From the NCBI RefSeq assembly GCF_009914755.1, contig NC_060929.1: a stretch of 64,000 bases of DNA. One strand, written 5' to 3'. This DNA comes from the human T2T-CHM13v2.0 reference genome, Homo sapiens. The translations under genes and the position numbers were made by a program. Positions 32,077 to 46,852 of this stretch are shown one piece after another. Positions within the stretch are counted from its first letter, which is position 1, and every line of letters begins with the position of its first letter. The notes below the pieces were generated by a model that saw only the letters and a program-made list of their open reading frames with translations, was not told where the DNA came from and made no database searches.

Positions 32077-32594
32077 TAAAAGCTTCATAAGACATTTAAC
32101 TTTATTAAAGGTGGTACATCTGATGTTTTCTATTTTATTTTTTTAACATGTGAGGTTAACCGATAAACTATACAGCTTTCATAGAGTTGAAAACTATAAG
32201 AGGACCAGAAGCCCAGGGTGGAGGCAGAATCAGTCCTGTCCTATGGAGGGCATGCTAGTTAGAGGAGAGGATTTTCATGGAAAGTGGTGAGAGGTAATTT
32301 TGTTAGTTTGATGGTGGTCTCCAAAAGCCTTCCTTGATTCTAGAGTATGAATGAATTACTTTGGGATGTTATGATAAAATTTCAAACTTTACCTATTTAT
32401 TTGACCAGCTCTACTTTTGGACAGTAGATTGACCAAAGTGACTTTTTGAGATTTCTTTTGATGCTTGGGGGTGGGGGTAGGGGAGAGGATTTGCTTCTGG
32501 ATTCCAAAGAATGACTCAAAGTGCTTATTGAACATCTGTTTTGTCTCATGTTGTGATTGGCTATGGGAATTTTGGTATAGAAAATGGCACTGGA

Positions 32595-33382
<788 letters not shown>

Positions 33383-33504
33383 CTAGACAACTCTGCTATT
33401 TGATCAGAATCCAGATTCCTGGATCAGACGTCTAATTGGGACCCTACTTGGCCTCTAGTTTTAGCATGCTTGTGAGAATTTTAAGAGCAAAACTCTTCTT
33501 AAAA

Positions 33505-33626
33505 TTTTTTATTTTTAGAGATGGCGTCTCACTGTGTTGCCCAGAGTGGTCTCGAACTCAAGCAATCCTTCTGCTTTGGCCTCCCCAGTAGCTGGGATTA
33601 CAGTTATGAGCTACCACGCCCAGGCT
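33505..33626 (-). mobile_element. FLAM/Alu monomer
   Basis: Reverse-complement monomer. Confidence 0.8.
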
Positions 33627-34539
33627 CTTACCTTCCCTCCTCTTTTCCCAACCTAGCTCTGCTTACTGTGAACCCCATCTGCAGCACTTCTTGAATGGTG
33701 TTGTGGATTATTTATTGAAGATTTGCTTGTGTAGCCATGTTCTCTTCATCTGCTCCAAGAGAAAAGTAAATTCTGGCCTGCACTGAAAAGAGGCTCTAGA
33801 TAGAAGAGAGGCATTTCAGACCACTAGGAATGTTGCATTGACCTTGTCTTCCAAAGAGCAGGATAGGGAAGATCTCTCCTGCCATGTCTTATAGAAACTG
33901 AACTCCCTTAAAGATCCATGTGGAACGAATTTTAGGGAACCCCTGCAATCAGATTTTTCTCTACCTAAGAGTAGAGTGCCTTAGCAACGTTGAAAAGGAA
34001 AATCCTTTCATGCGGCCGTTCCTTTGCTTGAATACTTTCAGTCCTGTCCTCTGAGATTTGATCATATCCTTTTGATCTTCCCAGTCCAGTTTTAATTTGT
34101 TCAGTTTAGGTTAGAAAAGGATTTGGAAAAACAATACTTTTCTCTTTTAGGATTCTATAGGTAGGGATCATTGGTCCTAAATGTTCTTCCCTTTTTTCTT
34201 TGCTTGTAAAGTGCACTCTGGGGGAATAAGCTGCACTGTGTTTCTTGGGGCTTGATCATTTGCTGTAGTTGTTTGTACAGTTGTTAAGTTACGCTTTCTA
34301 TTCTACTAACAAATGATGGTGTGAGGAACGCCATATTTCTTATGTTTCCCTTCAACAGGAAGCTTGATTGGTAACTAAAGACAAAAATCTCATTTCTTTG
34401 TGAGTAAATTGCTGTAGTAGGAGCGTGGCTGATGTTGGTCCAGACACATTCTTACTTTGTTAAACCTATGAGGAGAGTCATCAAGGAGAGCTGCACTGGT
34501 CTACATGGTGGCCTCTGGCTAACGTCACGTGAAGTCTCG

Positions 34540-34815
34540 AGGTTAAAAATTCACTTCTTCAGTAGCACTAGCCACATTTCCAGTGCTCAGTAGCCACAAG
34601 TGGCTCATGCAGTATTGACATTTTGGGCCAGATTATTCTTGGTGGGGGTAGGAGGACTGTCTCATGCATTTGTGCATTGTAGGACTTTCAGCAGCACACC
34701 TGGTCTCTACCTACTCAATGCCAGTAGCACTCTATAGACATAACAACCAAAATGTTTCCAGAGATTGCCAAATGACCCCACAGGGGCAAAACAAATCCTG
34801 GTTAAGAATCACTGG
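34540..34815. mobile_element. MER3 fragment followed by MER20 (hAT)
   Basis: cactagccacatttccagtgctcagtagccaca; tattgacattttgggccag...aaaatgtttccagagattgccaaatg. Confidence 0.7.
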
Positions 34816-36532
34816 CTTTGTGGCTATAGTATTTGAAAGCCCAGATAAAGAACATTTCCATGACGGCAGACAGTCCTGTTCTAGAGTAATCCCTAGCAGA
34901 GTTTGGGGAATTTTATATAATAAGAATTTTGAGCTTTGGTGGAATCACAGTGGACATCCAGTCCAAAGCCTGGGGAAACTGAGGCACAGAAAGATTATGG
35001 GTGACTTCAGGTCACACAACATGTAAGTGTCAGTCTGGAGTTCTGGACTTCAAGTTCACGCAGCCCAGAGAACAAGCTGCTGATTTTTGTTCAAACCTGC
35101 TTCATTCCTACTGTGCACCTGCACTCAGTGTTGGTGGGGGAGGACAGAGTCCTAAAAACTGGGAATGGTTCAGTCCTGAGACGTTCAGAGATGCAAATTC
35201 TGAACACATCTCTTTTATCCCTCCCTGGCTTAAGGCCCTACATATGGGCTAGGGTTGGGAGGGTGACTGAGACATCTGATGGACAAAGACTTGTTGGGTT
35301 TCCTCATTTCCATCAGTACAGAGATTGGGAACATACTCCCGGGGCCGTGGAAGACTGTCATCCTGTAAAATTTCTTCTTTTTAGTTTTTAAATCTACAAT
35401 ATCTCCTCTGTCTGCTTCCTTTTAAGGGTCGATCGTAAAGCTGTTAATACGAAATACCTGGAGGTTCATCCCTTCAGAGGCTGCAAGGAAGCAGAGTCTA
35501 TAGAAAGCTTTGGGAAGGGAAAAGGAGTCTCTCCCAGGGTGTGGTGTCCACAGCCGAAGGGGCCAGAAAGTGGGCTTAGCTCAGGGGCCGGGCGCAGGAG
35601 ACGACTGGAAGGCAGCCCGGGCTTGCAAAGTGCCCAGAGCCTCTGATATGCTCAACATCTTTCCTTCCTCCCCTCTTTCCCTCATTAATCCCACGTGCTT
35701 CAACACCTCCCAATGACTCTTCAGTCACTGGTTCTATAATTCTCTCCCTCCTCTGCTCCCAAACCTTCAGTGGCTCACTGCTGCCTTTCATGTCTTTCTT
35801 AGTCTTATATTCAGAGCCCATCTGCTCTTATATAGAAATCGTCTCTTTCCCTCCTAAGTGTAGAAATCAGTTTTGCACATACGAGTGCCTTACTGTTACT
35901 GTGGTTTGCAGAATTATTCAGTTGGGGTTTGGCATTGACAGTGATTGAGGCTTTGCTCAAAGCTCTTTGACGTTTAAGAGCTTGCTCAGGAAGAAGTTTT
36001 GTTTCTGGTGAGACTTTGTTGAGTCGGTAGCCTGGACAACTACTTAAAATCAGTATCCAGCTCAAAATTCAGGGCCTGGTAAACAGACCAGAAAGAGAGG
36101 CAATAAAAGCAGATGAAAAATTATGTGTCTGTAAACCTCGGGTAACCTTGAGCTGCTGGTTTGGTTCTGTAACACGGTGGACAGAGTGAGCTGTGGATGA
36201 GGTCAAAGGCCAACGTGCTGAGGAGCAGCTGTCTAGTTCAGCGAGAAATTAGCTAATGTGTAAACTGGCCTTGAGGTCTTTTTACGTTGCTTCATATTCC
36301 TAGTGTTAGTTAAAAGAAGTAAATTTTATCTCAGAGTTTGGTGACTAGCCGTGATTTCATTGCACTATTTATGTTTTCTTTTGGGAAAGCGGCCTTCTTG
36401 GGTGTCTCCATGGTGAAGGGGAAGGTATTTTAAAACACACTCATTCGGGAGCAGGCTTTAATTTGAGTGACAGGAGGGTGGGGGCTGCGAGGACTGCAGC
36501 CCTGCTGGTCAGTGCGGCTGTGGCCAGTGTTG

Positions 36533-36565
36533 TTCATGACCTCTGTTTCTTCTCTTTCTCTACAG
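36533..36565 (+). promoter_or_regulatory. 3' splice site: candidate branch point, polypyrimidine tract and AG
   Basis: ttcatgAc (A at 36539) then ctctgtttcttctctttctctacag immediately before the exon. Confidence 0.85.
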
Positions 36566-36696
36566 ACCAATGAGTGGAACAAGAATGATGACCGGCTACT
36601 GCAGGCCGTGGAGAATGGAGATGCGGAGAAGGTGGCCTCACTGCTCGGCAAGAAGGGGGCCAGTGCCACCAAACACGACAGTGAGGGCAAGACCGC
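36566..36696 (+). CDS. RAI14: Internal coding exon of RAI14 (ankycorbin), first ankyrin-repeat region: [43 protein letters not shown](A)
   Basis: Peptide matches the RAI14 N-terminus as I recall it (follows MKSLKAKFRKSD, precedes FHLAAAKGH); the paralog UACA differs here. Polypyrimidine tract + tacag acceptor before 36566, gc|gtaagc donor after 36696; 131 nt, phase 0 in, phase 2 out; CpG-enriched relative to flanks. Confidence 0.96.
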
Positions 36697-37811
36697 GTAA
36701 GCTGAAACACTGGTTTGCAGATATGCTGGTTCTGGGTTTTTGGGGTGTTCTCTGGAATCCTTAGTATCCATAGGGGAATTTCACACGTGCTCCCTCTCCA
36801 CTCCCATGTTGAAATATGTAAGAAGATATTTTAATCTAGTGCCTTTCTCTCCAAATTCCAAGTCACATATGGAGCTCTACCTTGAATGGGTATACATGTT
36901 CCCAAGTATAAGCAAAGGTTTTACCTCCTAAGATTGCAACCAATTGTAGATGAGACATGAATTCTCTCTTCGATAAGAAATAGCATAAAAGAGAAAAAAG
37001 TATTTTCCTATAACCCTCAAACCTTACTGTGTATTTATCTTAAACTACTTGTTTATTTATTTGATCTTCCTTAACATAGATCATTAAGTACATGAGTAGT
37101 ATGATTTTGCTTTATGGTTTGCTGTATGTAGTACTCTTCCTTGCCATAATTAAAGCTGTATATTTGATTAAGTATTTGTGTGTGTTTGTGCATGAGCATG
37201 TATTTGTTTATATCCATTCTTACGTTGGCAGTGTTGTGGAGAGAGCACTGACTTTGGAGCCAGATAGACATCTCACAGGAACTCTATCACTTACGAGTTG
37301 TGTAATCTCTGAACCTCAGTTTCCTTACTATAAAATGGAGATGGTATTAGTTAACTGTTAGAGTAGTTATGAGTATAAAATGAAATAATAATGTAGGTTG
37401 GGTGCCCTCAGAAGCAGGCTCTGAGACAAGGATTTAAGTGCAAGTAGTTTTATATCTTTTCTTTTTTCTAACATGTCAAATGATGGTTATTGTGTAATTA
37501 CTGTGAAACACAAAGTGGTAATATATATTACTTAGGGATGTATACACACATACAATGCAAGTAATTTCTATAGCCGGTGATCCCAGGAAGCGTAAGAAAG
37601 GAAGAAACCTCTATTTTTAAGGTGTGTTATTGACAGGTTCCAACTTTGTCACTTTTTCTTGATGAGGATTCTGGGAATCTGTTTAGACCTAGAGCAGGGT
37701 TTGGCTATGTTACCGAGGCTAGACTTGAACTCCTGGGCCCAAGCAATCCTTCTGCCTCAGTCTCCCAAATAACTGGGACTACAGGCATGTGCCACCGTGC
37801 CTGGCTGTTGT

Positions 37812-37990
37812 CTGATTTTATAAATAAAGTTTTATTGAAACACAGCCATACCCATTCATTTAGGCATTGTTCGTGACTGCTCCCACACTACAAAGGCAGA
37901 GTTGAGTAGTTACAGCAGAGACTACATGGCTCACAAAGCCCAGAGTATTTATCTGGCCTTTTACAAAAAGGGTTTCCTTATCCCAGGTTT
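37812..37990. mobile_element. MER58A (hAT) fragment
   Basis: aataaagttttattgaaacacagcca, ggcagagttgagtagt. Confidence 0.75.
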
Positions 37991-38050
37991 ATAGTATGCC
38001 TCAGAGTTATTCCACCCAAGGGGTAAGAAACCTGGGGTATCTGTCCCTTA

Positions 38051-38932
<882 letters not shown>

Positions 38933-39103
38933 GTCTAAGGGGATTTGGGAATGGCACCTTCAGCTGTAGGTGCTCTATATAAAGAGTGGCACAGCACCCA
39001 GCCCACAGTGAGCGCTTGATAAAGCCAGTCACCTACCCTGCTCGTCCTAGATTAGTGGTTTGCAATCTTGGCAGCTTCTGCGTTCGAATCACCTGGAGTG
39101 CTT

Positions 39104-39437
<334 letters not shown>

Positions 39438-39814
39438 TAAAAATATTGATGCCATGTTGATCAGAATCAACCCCAGATGCTCTGAATCACTTGGTCTGGG
39501 GAGAGGCCCAGGAATCTATATTTTTTGTTCTGAGGTGTTTGGTGGTAAATGTTGGGGCTTTTGGTCTCCCTTTTGAATCACTACTCGGCCTTCTTTGTCC
39601 CTGTTCTCCCTAGTCCAGGTTTGCACATGTTTGTGCAAGACAACCTCTTCATGTCATCCCAGAGAAAGGGGAGAGAAAGGTTTATGATAATTTTGTCCAA
39701 GATAGTACTTACTAAAGAGAAGACAGAAAATTTAGATGAGCAGCTTAGCTACAATTGTGATCACCTTAACAAATTTGAACCTTTTGATCATAAGATATTT
39801 ATTACATGTGTTCT

Positions 39815-40180
39815 CTTTATTTATTGTGGTAAAATGCGTATAACATAAAATTTACCATTTTAACCATTTTAAAGTATACAATGTAGAGGCATTAAGTATA
39901 TTCACAATGTTGCACAACCATTGTCACTTTCTAGTTCTAGAACTTTCTAATCAACCCAAAGAAAACCCCGAACCCATTAGGGAGAAACTCCCCAACCTCC
40001 CCTCCCCTTCCTCTGGCAACCATGAATCTGGGTTCTGTCTCTGGATTTGTCTGCTCTGGATATTTTTTATAAATGCAATCATATAATATGTGGCCTCTTG
40101 TCTCTGTTCCTTTCACTTAGCATAATGTTTTCAAGGCTCACCCGAGTTGTAGCTTCTGTCAGTACTTCATTCTATTCTCT
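39815..40180 (-). mobile_element. L1MB-type 3' end
   Basis: taacataaaatttaccattttaaccatttt, tttcacttagcataatgttttcaagg. Confidence 0.8.
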
Positions 40181-40276
40181 CTTCATGGTAGACATATACA
40201 TAGCAGTTAGGTAAGAGTCACCACCTCCCTTTTGCAGATAATAAAACTAAGGCCCACATAACACAGCTCTTCCTGA

Positions 40277-40577
<301 letters not shown>

Positions 40578-42025
40578 TCTATTTTCTAGAGAGCTTTCGT
40601 GGTAATTTTGCGCTGGAATCTACAGTTGCCTGTCTGTCTAGAGGCTTGATTTTGGCCTTCAAGGTCTTTCCTCTGGCTCTGCCCCACTTACCTACATCCT
40701 GTCTCCCCGCTGTTTCTTCTGGAAGTGGAGCTGTCTGCTCCCGCCCTCCCCACAGGTCAGAACGTCCACCTGTGCACCCAGGTTCTATGTCCAATCCAAA
40801 ATGCCACCCTCCCTGGTTCTCTTCCGCCTTTTTGACTTTTCTTCTCTTTGAAATACTAGAAATCTTGATTTAGAACCCATTATATTCGATTATTTTATTC
40901 TATTTATTTAGAGATGGGTCTTGCCATATTGCCCAGACTTGATTTGAACGCTTGGCCTCAAGTGATCCTCCTGCCTCAGCCTCCTGAGTAGCTGGGACTA
41001 TAAGGCATGCACTACCACACCCACCTTTATTCTATTATATCAAATGAACAGGAACGACAACAGAAATGTCTCCATTCTAAGAAAACCTTTGTTTTCTGAA
41101 AGACTTGAATCCCGTAGAGTACAGTAAAGCTCCCTAAGGACAGGGATGGTACAATCTTATTGTGTTGGTCTTTCCCATTGTTCTAGGCCCAAAGGAGGCC
41201 TTCATTTGGGATTTGTGTAAATAACTTTTCAGTGTGTTCTTGTGGAGAAAACATTCTTTTTTTGCTGATAATATCTTATGGGTAAATTGCTTAGGGGTGA
41301 ATTAACTTGGATTCAGAGGGGAAAGAATTCTTCTGGTGAACATCACAACCTGACTTGGCCCCCAAGCTTCCACGGCAATTTAAATAGAGAAGTACTCAAC
41401 CTTTACCACCTAGAGAGCCAGGCAGTCTAGAAAGTCCCAACAATGTGGCAACAAAGGCAGCCATCTCCACAGACGTTCTCCAGAAGCCTCCATAACCCAA
41501 GGTCAATAACCAGATGGGTGGTTGGGTAATGCCTTAGACTTTTGAGTTTCTTTCTGGAGTATTTTCTTTCAGGGAAAGATGAGAATGCATGCCAGGAAAT
41601 TTTCTTCCTCTAAGACTGATCAAAGAGGGGTTAAAAAAAAAGTAAAAGCAATTGAATGACTGGAATTCATTTAGGAAAAGAATAAAGGAAGGGTGGTGTC
41701 TTGGGTAGGAAGGGAACAAAATAGAGCAGAGCCAAGAGTTATAGCTGCAGCCTGTGTTTATGGAGTCAGGCCTGGCGTGCCTCTGCCCAGCTGTTCTCTT
41801 TCCATGGTGGATGTGAGGAAGTGGGAGGAGGTCAATGTCCTCAAACCTCTTACCGTAGAAGAGTCTAATTGTTTCAAGATGGGTTCCCTACATTTGGATG
41901 TGCATTTAATTAAAGTTATGTGTGTTTGTCTTACGAACAACCAGACTAAATAAAATCACTGCCGGCACTGTAGTATTTGAACAAATACCACCTGGGCATG
42001 TGTGTGTAGATATAAGGAGTGTGTG

Positions 42026-42027
<2 letters not shown>

Positions 42028-42073
<46 letters not shown>
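42028..42073. repeat. (TG)23 microsatellite
   Basis: Directly visible. Confidence 0.97.
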
Positions 42074-42080
<7 letters not shown>

Positions 42081-42954
42081 CTGTATCATTTTATGTTGCC
42101 CACTTTTCAGAAACCTGATCTTTTTGGCTATGAAAGCAAGAATTTGTGAGAGTATTTTTAGATGACTCTGTGGAGCTTGACTATAAAGTGGGAGAGGCAG
42201 GCCTTGAACTTTAGAAATCACTATAATAAGGGCTTCTCTGGCTGGTGGTTTGTTGCACATTCTCCCTTCCTGTTTTCTCAGTATAGGGATGTATTAGATA
42301 TTTTACACCAGCAGTTCAGTCTTGGAAATCGAGTTATACCACCTGATCAGCTCTCTCCAGTTCTTCTCACGTACAGCTGCCAAATTAATTTACCTAAAAC
42401 CACTACATGTTATTTGTGCAATTGCAGCCTCCTACCTTCCCTGTGAAATCACCCTATGTCTTTTCTAAGACCTGTTGATATTTGTCAGAGTGATAAACTG
42501 AAGAATGTAATTGCTATATCCACTCTGCTTTGAGTCATTTTTGAAGTTGAGATAACCTCTTCTTATACTTTGCAAATATGCTTAAATGTTGTGTTTCATT
42601 AATCTAGTTGGGAGGTACTCCCTGGGTCCAAAATGTTCCAGACTTTTTCATAAGTAAATACAAAAGGAGAAAATATGCTCCTGGCCTCAAGATGCATAAC
42701 ACCTAGTCGGAAAGACAAGGCCAATGAAAATACTGGAGAATAATCAGATGCTAACCTGTAAAATACTGCATGTAAGGGGTTCAGGACAGAAGAGCTCATG
42801 AGACACTGGAGATGCTAAGAAATGCTTCCTGCCTGAAGTGTGATATGAGGTCGGCCTTGTAGAATGGAACCAGTAGTGGATTATACTGTAACCAGGGTGG
42901 ATACAGGCAAATGGGGTTCAGGTAACAGCATGAACAGAGGCCACCCTAAATTGA

Positions 42955-43247
42955 TTGTTTTGGTTTGGTTTTTTGAGACGGAGTCTTGCTCAGGCTAGAG
43001 TACAGTGGAGTGGTTTCGGCTCACTGCAACCTCCTGCTTCCTGGGTTCAAACTGTTCTCCTGCCTCAGCCTCCCACATAGCTGGGATTACAGGTACCCAC
43101 CACCACACCTGGCTAATTTTTTATTTTTAGTAGAGGTGGTGTTTCACCATGTTGCCCAGGCTGGTCTCGAGCTCCTGACCTCAAGTGATCTGCCCGCCTT
43201 GGCCTCCCAAAGTGCTGGGATTACAGGCGTGAGCCACTGCACCCGGC
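42955..43247 (-). mobile_element. AluS
   Basis: Reverse-complement Alu; TSD caccctaaatt. Confidence 0.95.
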
Positions 43248-43632
43248 AATCACCCTAAATTAAAACAGGAACAATGACACCATGGCCATGCTTTCTTTCC
43301 CTTCTTTAAGAGCTCATCAGAGCAACTTGAGTTCAGGGCCCCACTCACTAGATCATTGGTTCTCAGCTTGGCTCCCATTAGAATCACCTGGGCAGCTTTG
43401 ACAAATGCTGAATTCCACCTGCAGAGATTCTGGTTTCAGTGGTATGGCGGTACTCCTGGGGATGGGGTTTCAGAAAGCACTTTAGGTGATCTGAATGGTT
43501 TGTCCAAACAGAACCACTGAGCAGGACAGGATACAGTGAGACCCTGCATTTCCTAGCCCAGAGCGTTCCAACAGGTGCTACATCGTGATACATTATAGGT
43601 AGGCTGAGGAAGGCCCAGGAAGCACAGGTGAA

Positions 43633-43636
<4 letters not shown>

Positions 43637-43676
<40 letters not shown>
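43637..43676. repeat. (CT)16(CA)4 microsatellite
   Basis: Directly visible. Confidence 0.95.
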
Positions 43677-43677
<1 letters not shown>

Positions 43678-43943
43678 ATACATCCCTGTATACATGCAAT
43701 ATATGTATATAAGACTTGTACACAAAATAGAATTGCAATGAAAGGTACATTTTTGCTTAAAGTAAATTATATTAAAGTAACAATTCTCGAGTTTTTTTTT
43801 TAAAGGAAGCAGTGTTGTATGTTAAAGCTGAACTTAATTTATTGCAAAATTGTGCTTTAGAAGGAAGACTTATAACCAAGATTGTGGTGCAAAATTGATG
43901 AGAATAGATTTGGAAATTAGAACTACATTGGTTAAAATATTGG

Positions 43944-46237
43944 TGATATGGTTTGGCTTTGTGTCCCCACCCAAATCTCATCTTGAATTGTACTCCCATA
44001 ATTCCCATGTGTTGTGGGAGGGACCTGGTGGGAGATAAGTTGAATCCTGGGGGCAGTTTCCCCCATACTGTTCTTGCGGTAGTGAATAAGTCTCACGAGA
44101 TCTGATGATTTTAGTAGGGGTTTTTGCTTTTGCTTCTTCCTCATTTTTCTCTTGCCATTGCTATGTAAGAAGTGCCTTTCACTTTCTGCCATGATTCTGA
44201 GGCCTCCCCAGCCATGTGGAACTGTAAGTCCAATTAAACCTCTTTTTCTTCCCAGTCTCAGATATGTCTTTATCAGCAGCATGAAAATGGACTAACATAG
44301 TAAATTGGTACCAGTAGAGTGGGGCATTGCTGAAAAGATACATGAAAATGTGGAAGTGACTTTGGAACTGGGTAACAGGCAGAGGCTGGAACACTTTGGA
44401 GGACTCAGAAGAAGACAGGAAAATGTGGGAAGGTTTGGAACTTCCTAGAGACTTGTTGAATGGCTTTGCCCAGAATGCTGATAGCGATATGGACAATAGG
44501 GTCCAGGCTGAGGTGGTCTCAGATGGAGATGAGAAACTTGTTGGGAACTGGAGTAAAGGTGACTCTTGTTATGTTTTAGCAAAGAGACTGGTGGCATTTT
44601 GCCCCTGCCCTAGTGATTTGTGGAAATTTGAACTTGAGAAAGATGATTTAGGGTATCTGGCAGAATAAATTTCTAAGTAGCAAAGCATTTAAGAGGTAAC
44701 TTGGGTACTGTTAAAGGCATTCAGTTTTATAAGGGAAGCAAAGCATAAAAGTTTGGAAAATTTGCAGCCTGACTATTAGATAGAAAAGAAAAATTCATTT
44801 TCTGTGGAGAAACTCAAGCCAGCTGCAGAAATTTGTATAAGTAGCAAGGAGCCTTCCCAAGACCATGGGGAAAATGTCTCCAGGCCATGCCAGAGACCTT
44901 CACGGCAGCCTCTCCCACCACAGGCCAGGAGGCCCAGGAGGAAAAAGTGGTTTCATGGGCTGGGCCCATGGTCCCTGTGCTGTGTGCACCCTAAGGACTT
45001 GGTGCCCTGTGTCCCAGCTGCTCCAGCTGTGGCTGAAAGGGGCCAACATAGAACTTGGGCTGTGGCTTCAGAGGGTAGAAGCCCCAAGCCTTGGCAGCTT
45101 CCACATGATGTTGAGCTTACAAGTATACAAAAGTCAAGAACTGGGTTTGGGAAACTACACCTGGATTTCAGAAGATGTATGGAAACACCTGGATGCCCAG
45201 GCAGAAGTTTGCTGCAGGGGTGGGGTGCACATGGAGAACCTCTGCTAGGGCAATCCAGAAGGAAATGTAGGGCTGGGATCCCCTCACAGAGTCCCTACTG
45301 GGGTACCAGCTAGTGGAGCTGTGAGAAGAGGGCCACAATCCTCCAGCCCCCAGAATGGTAGATTCACCAACAGCTTGCACCATTCACCTGGAAAAGCTGC
45401 AGACACTCAACACCAGCCCGTGAGAGCAGCTGGGAGGGAGCCTGTACACTGCAAAGCCACAGGGGCGGAGCTGCACAAGACCATGGGAGCCCACCTCTTG
45501 CATCAGTGTGACCTGGATGTGAGACCTGGAATCAAAGGAGATCATTTCGGAGCTTTAAAATTTGATTGCCCCGCTGGATTTCAGACTTGTGTGGGCCCTG
45601 TAACCACTTTGTTTTGGCCAATTTCTCCCATTTGGAATGGGTGTAATTGCCCAATACCTGTACCCCCATTGTATCTAGGAAGTAATGAGCTTGCTTTTGA
45701 TTTTACAGGCTCCTAGGTGGAAGGGACTTGCCTTGTCTCAGATGCGACTTTGGACTGTGGACTTTTGGGTTAATGCTGAAATGAGTTAAGACTTTGGGGG
45801 AACTGTTGGGAAGGCATGACTGATTTTGAAATTTGAGGATTGAAATCTCTCCACATGAGATTTGGAGGGACCAGGGGCAGAATGATATGATTTGGCTCTG
45901 TGTCCCTACCCAAATCTCATCTAAAATTGTACTCCCATAATTCCTACATATTGTGGGGGTACCCAGTGGGAGATAATTTGAATCATGGGTGTGGCTTCTC
46001 CCATACTGTTCTTGCAGTAGTGAGTAAGTCTCACGAGATCTGATGGTTTTAGTAGGGGTTTCCACTTTTGCATCTTCGTCATTTTTCTCTTGCCACCACC
46101 AAGTAAGAAGTGCCTTTCACCTCCTGCCATGATTCTGAGGCCTCCCCAGCCATGTGGAACTGTAAGTCCAATTAAACCTCTTTTTCTTCCCAGTTTTGGG
46201 TATGTCTTTATCAGCAGCATAAAAACAGACTAATACA
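43944..46237 (+). mobile_element. Complete THE1 (A/B-like) MaLR element: LTR 43944-44299, internal 44300-45882, LTR 45883-46237
   Basis: Two direct ~355-bp LTRs, THE1-int, TSD attgg/attgc. Confidence 0.95.
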
Positions 46238-46677
46238 ATTGCTAAGATCACAGCATTTTTCATTTTAGAGCTATTTTCAAAGTTGGATTAAGTATATTGA
46301 GAACAAAGGATTTTAGACACTTAAATGGGTAATTGTTGCCCAGGGTCAAAGCTCTTTGGCTTTGCTTTTCCTCTCTCTGTTCCCTCCACTGGCTGGACCT
46401 GCCCCAAATGCAGAGGTCAGGAGAGCCTGGGAAACGTAGTTGGCTGTGATAGACAGCAGAGTAAGGGAGGGTGGAGATGGATCTCAGAACCCACAGCAGC
46501 GAGCGACCTGCACTCAGCCGCTATCACACTGGGGCTGCTGGAGCGGGAGATTCTCATGCTGAGCAGCAACCAGCCTGCTCAGAGGCTGGGGTACATGAGA
46601 TCATTAGCGTGTGCCAGTTCTTTAGAAGCACTTCTGCTTTCCCTGCTCAGTTCCTGCCTTCCAAGATGCTGTCGCTG

Positions 46678-46727
46678 CCACCGCCACCGCCCCCACCACC
46701 CCCACCACCCCCACCACCCCCCACCCC
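46678..46727. repeat. C-rich (CCCCCACCA)n tract; G-quadruplex-capable on - strand
   Basis: Five runs of 4 or more C with short linkers. Confidence 0.9.
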
Positions 46728-46852
46728 ATTCCACCAAGTCTGGCGTATCATTCAAGGCCCAATTTACCATCTCTTTCCTGAAGCCATTTCTAAAATTTCC
46801 TGAGTGAGTGCTGTCTTGCCACTGCCTCTCTGAAATCACCTAGGATTTGGTG

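Noticed and set aside
44396-45716. THE1-internal ORFs (also 6241-7388)
   Set aside because: Fragmented MaLR internal frame with stops and frameshifts.
46325-46839. ORFs with polyproline, His-Pro or Trp-Gly runs
   Set aside because: Translation artefacts of the C-rich simple repeat; no splice context or recognisable domain.
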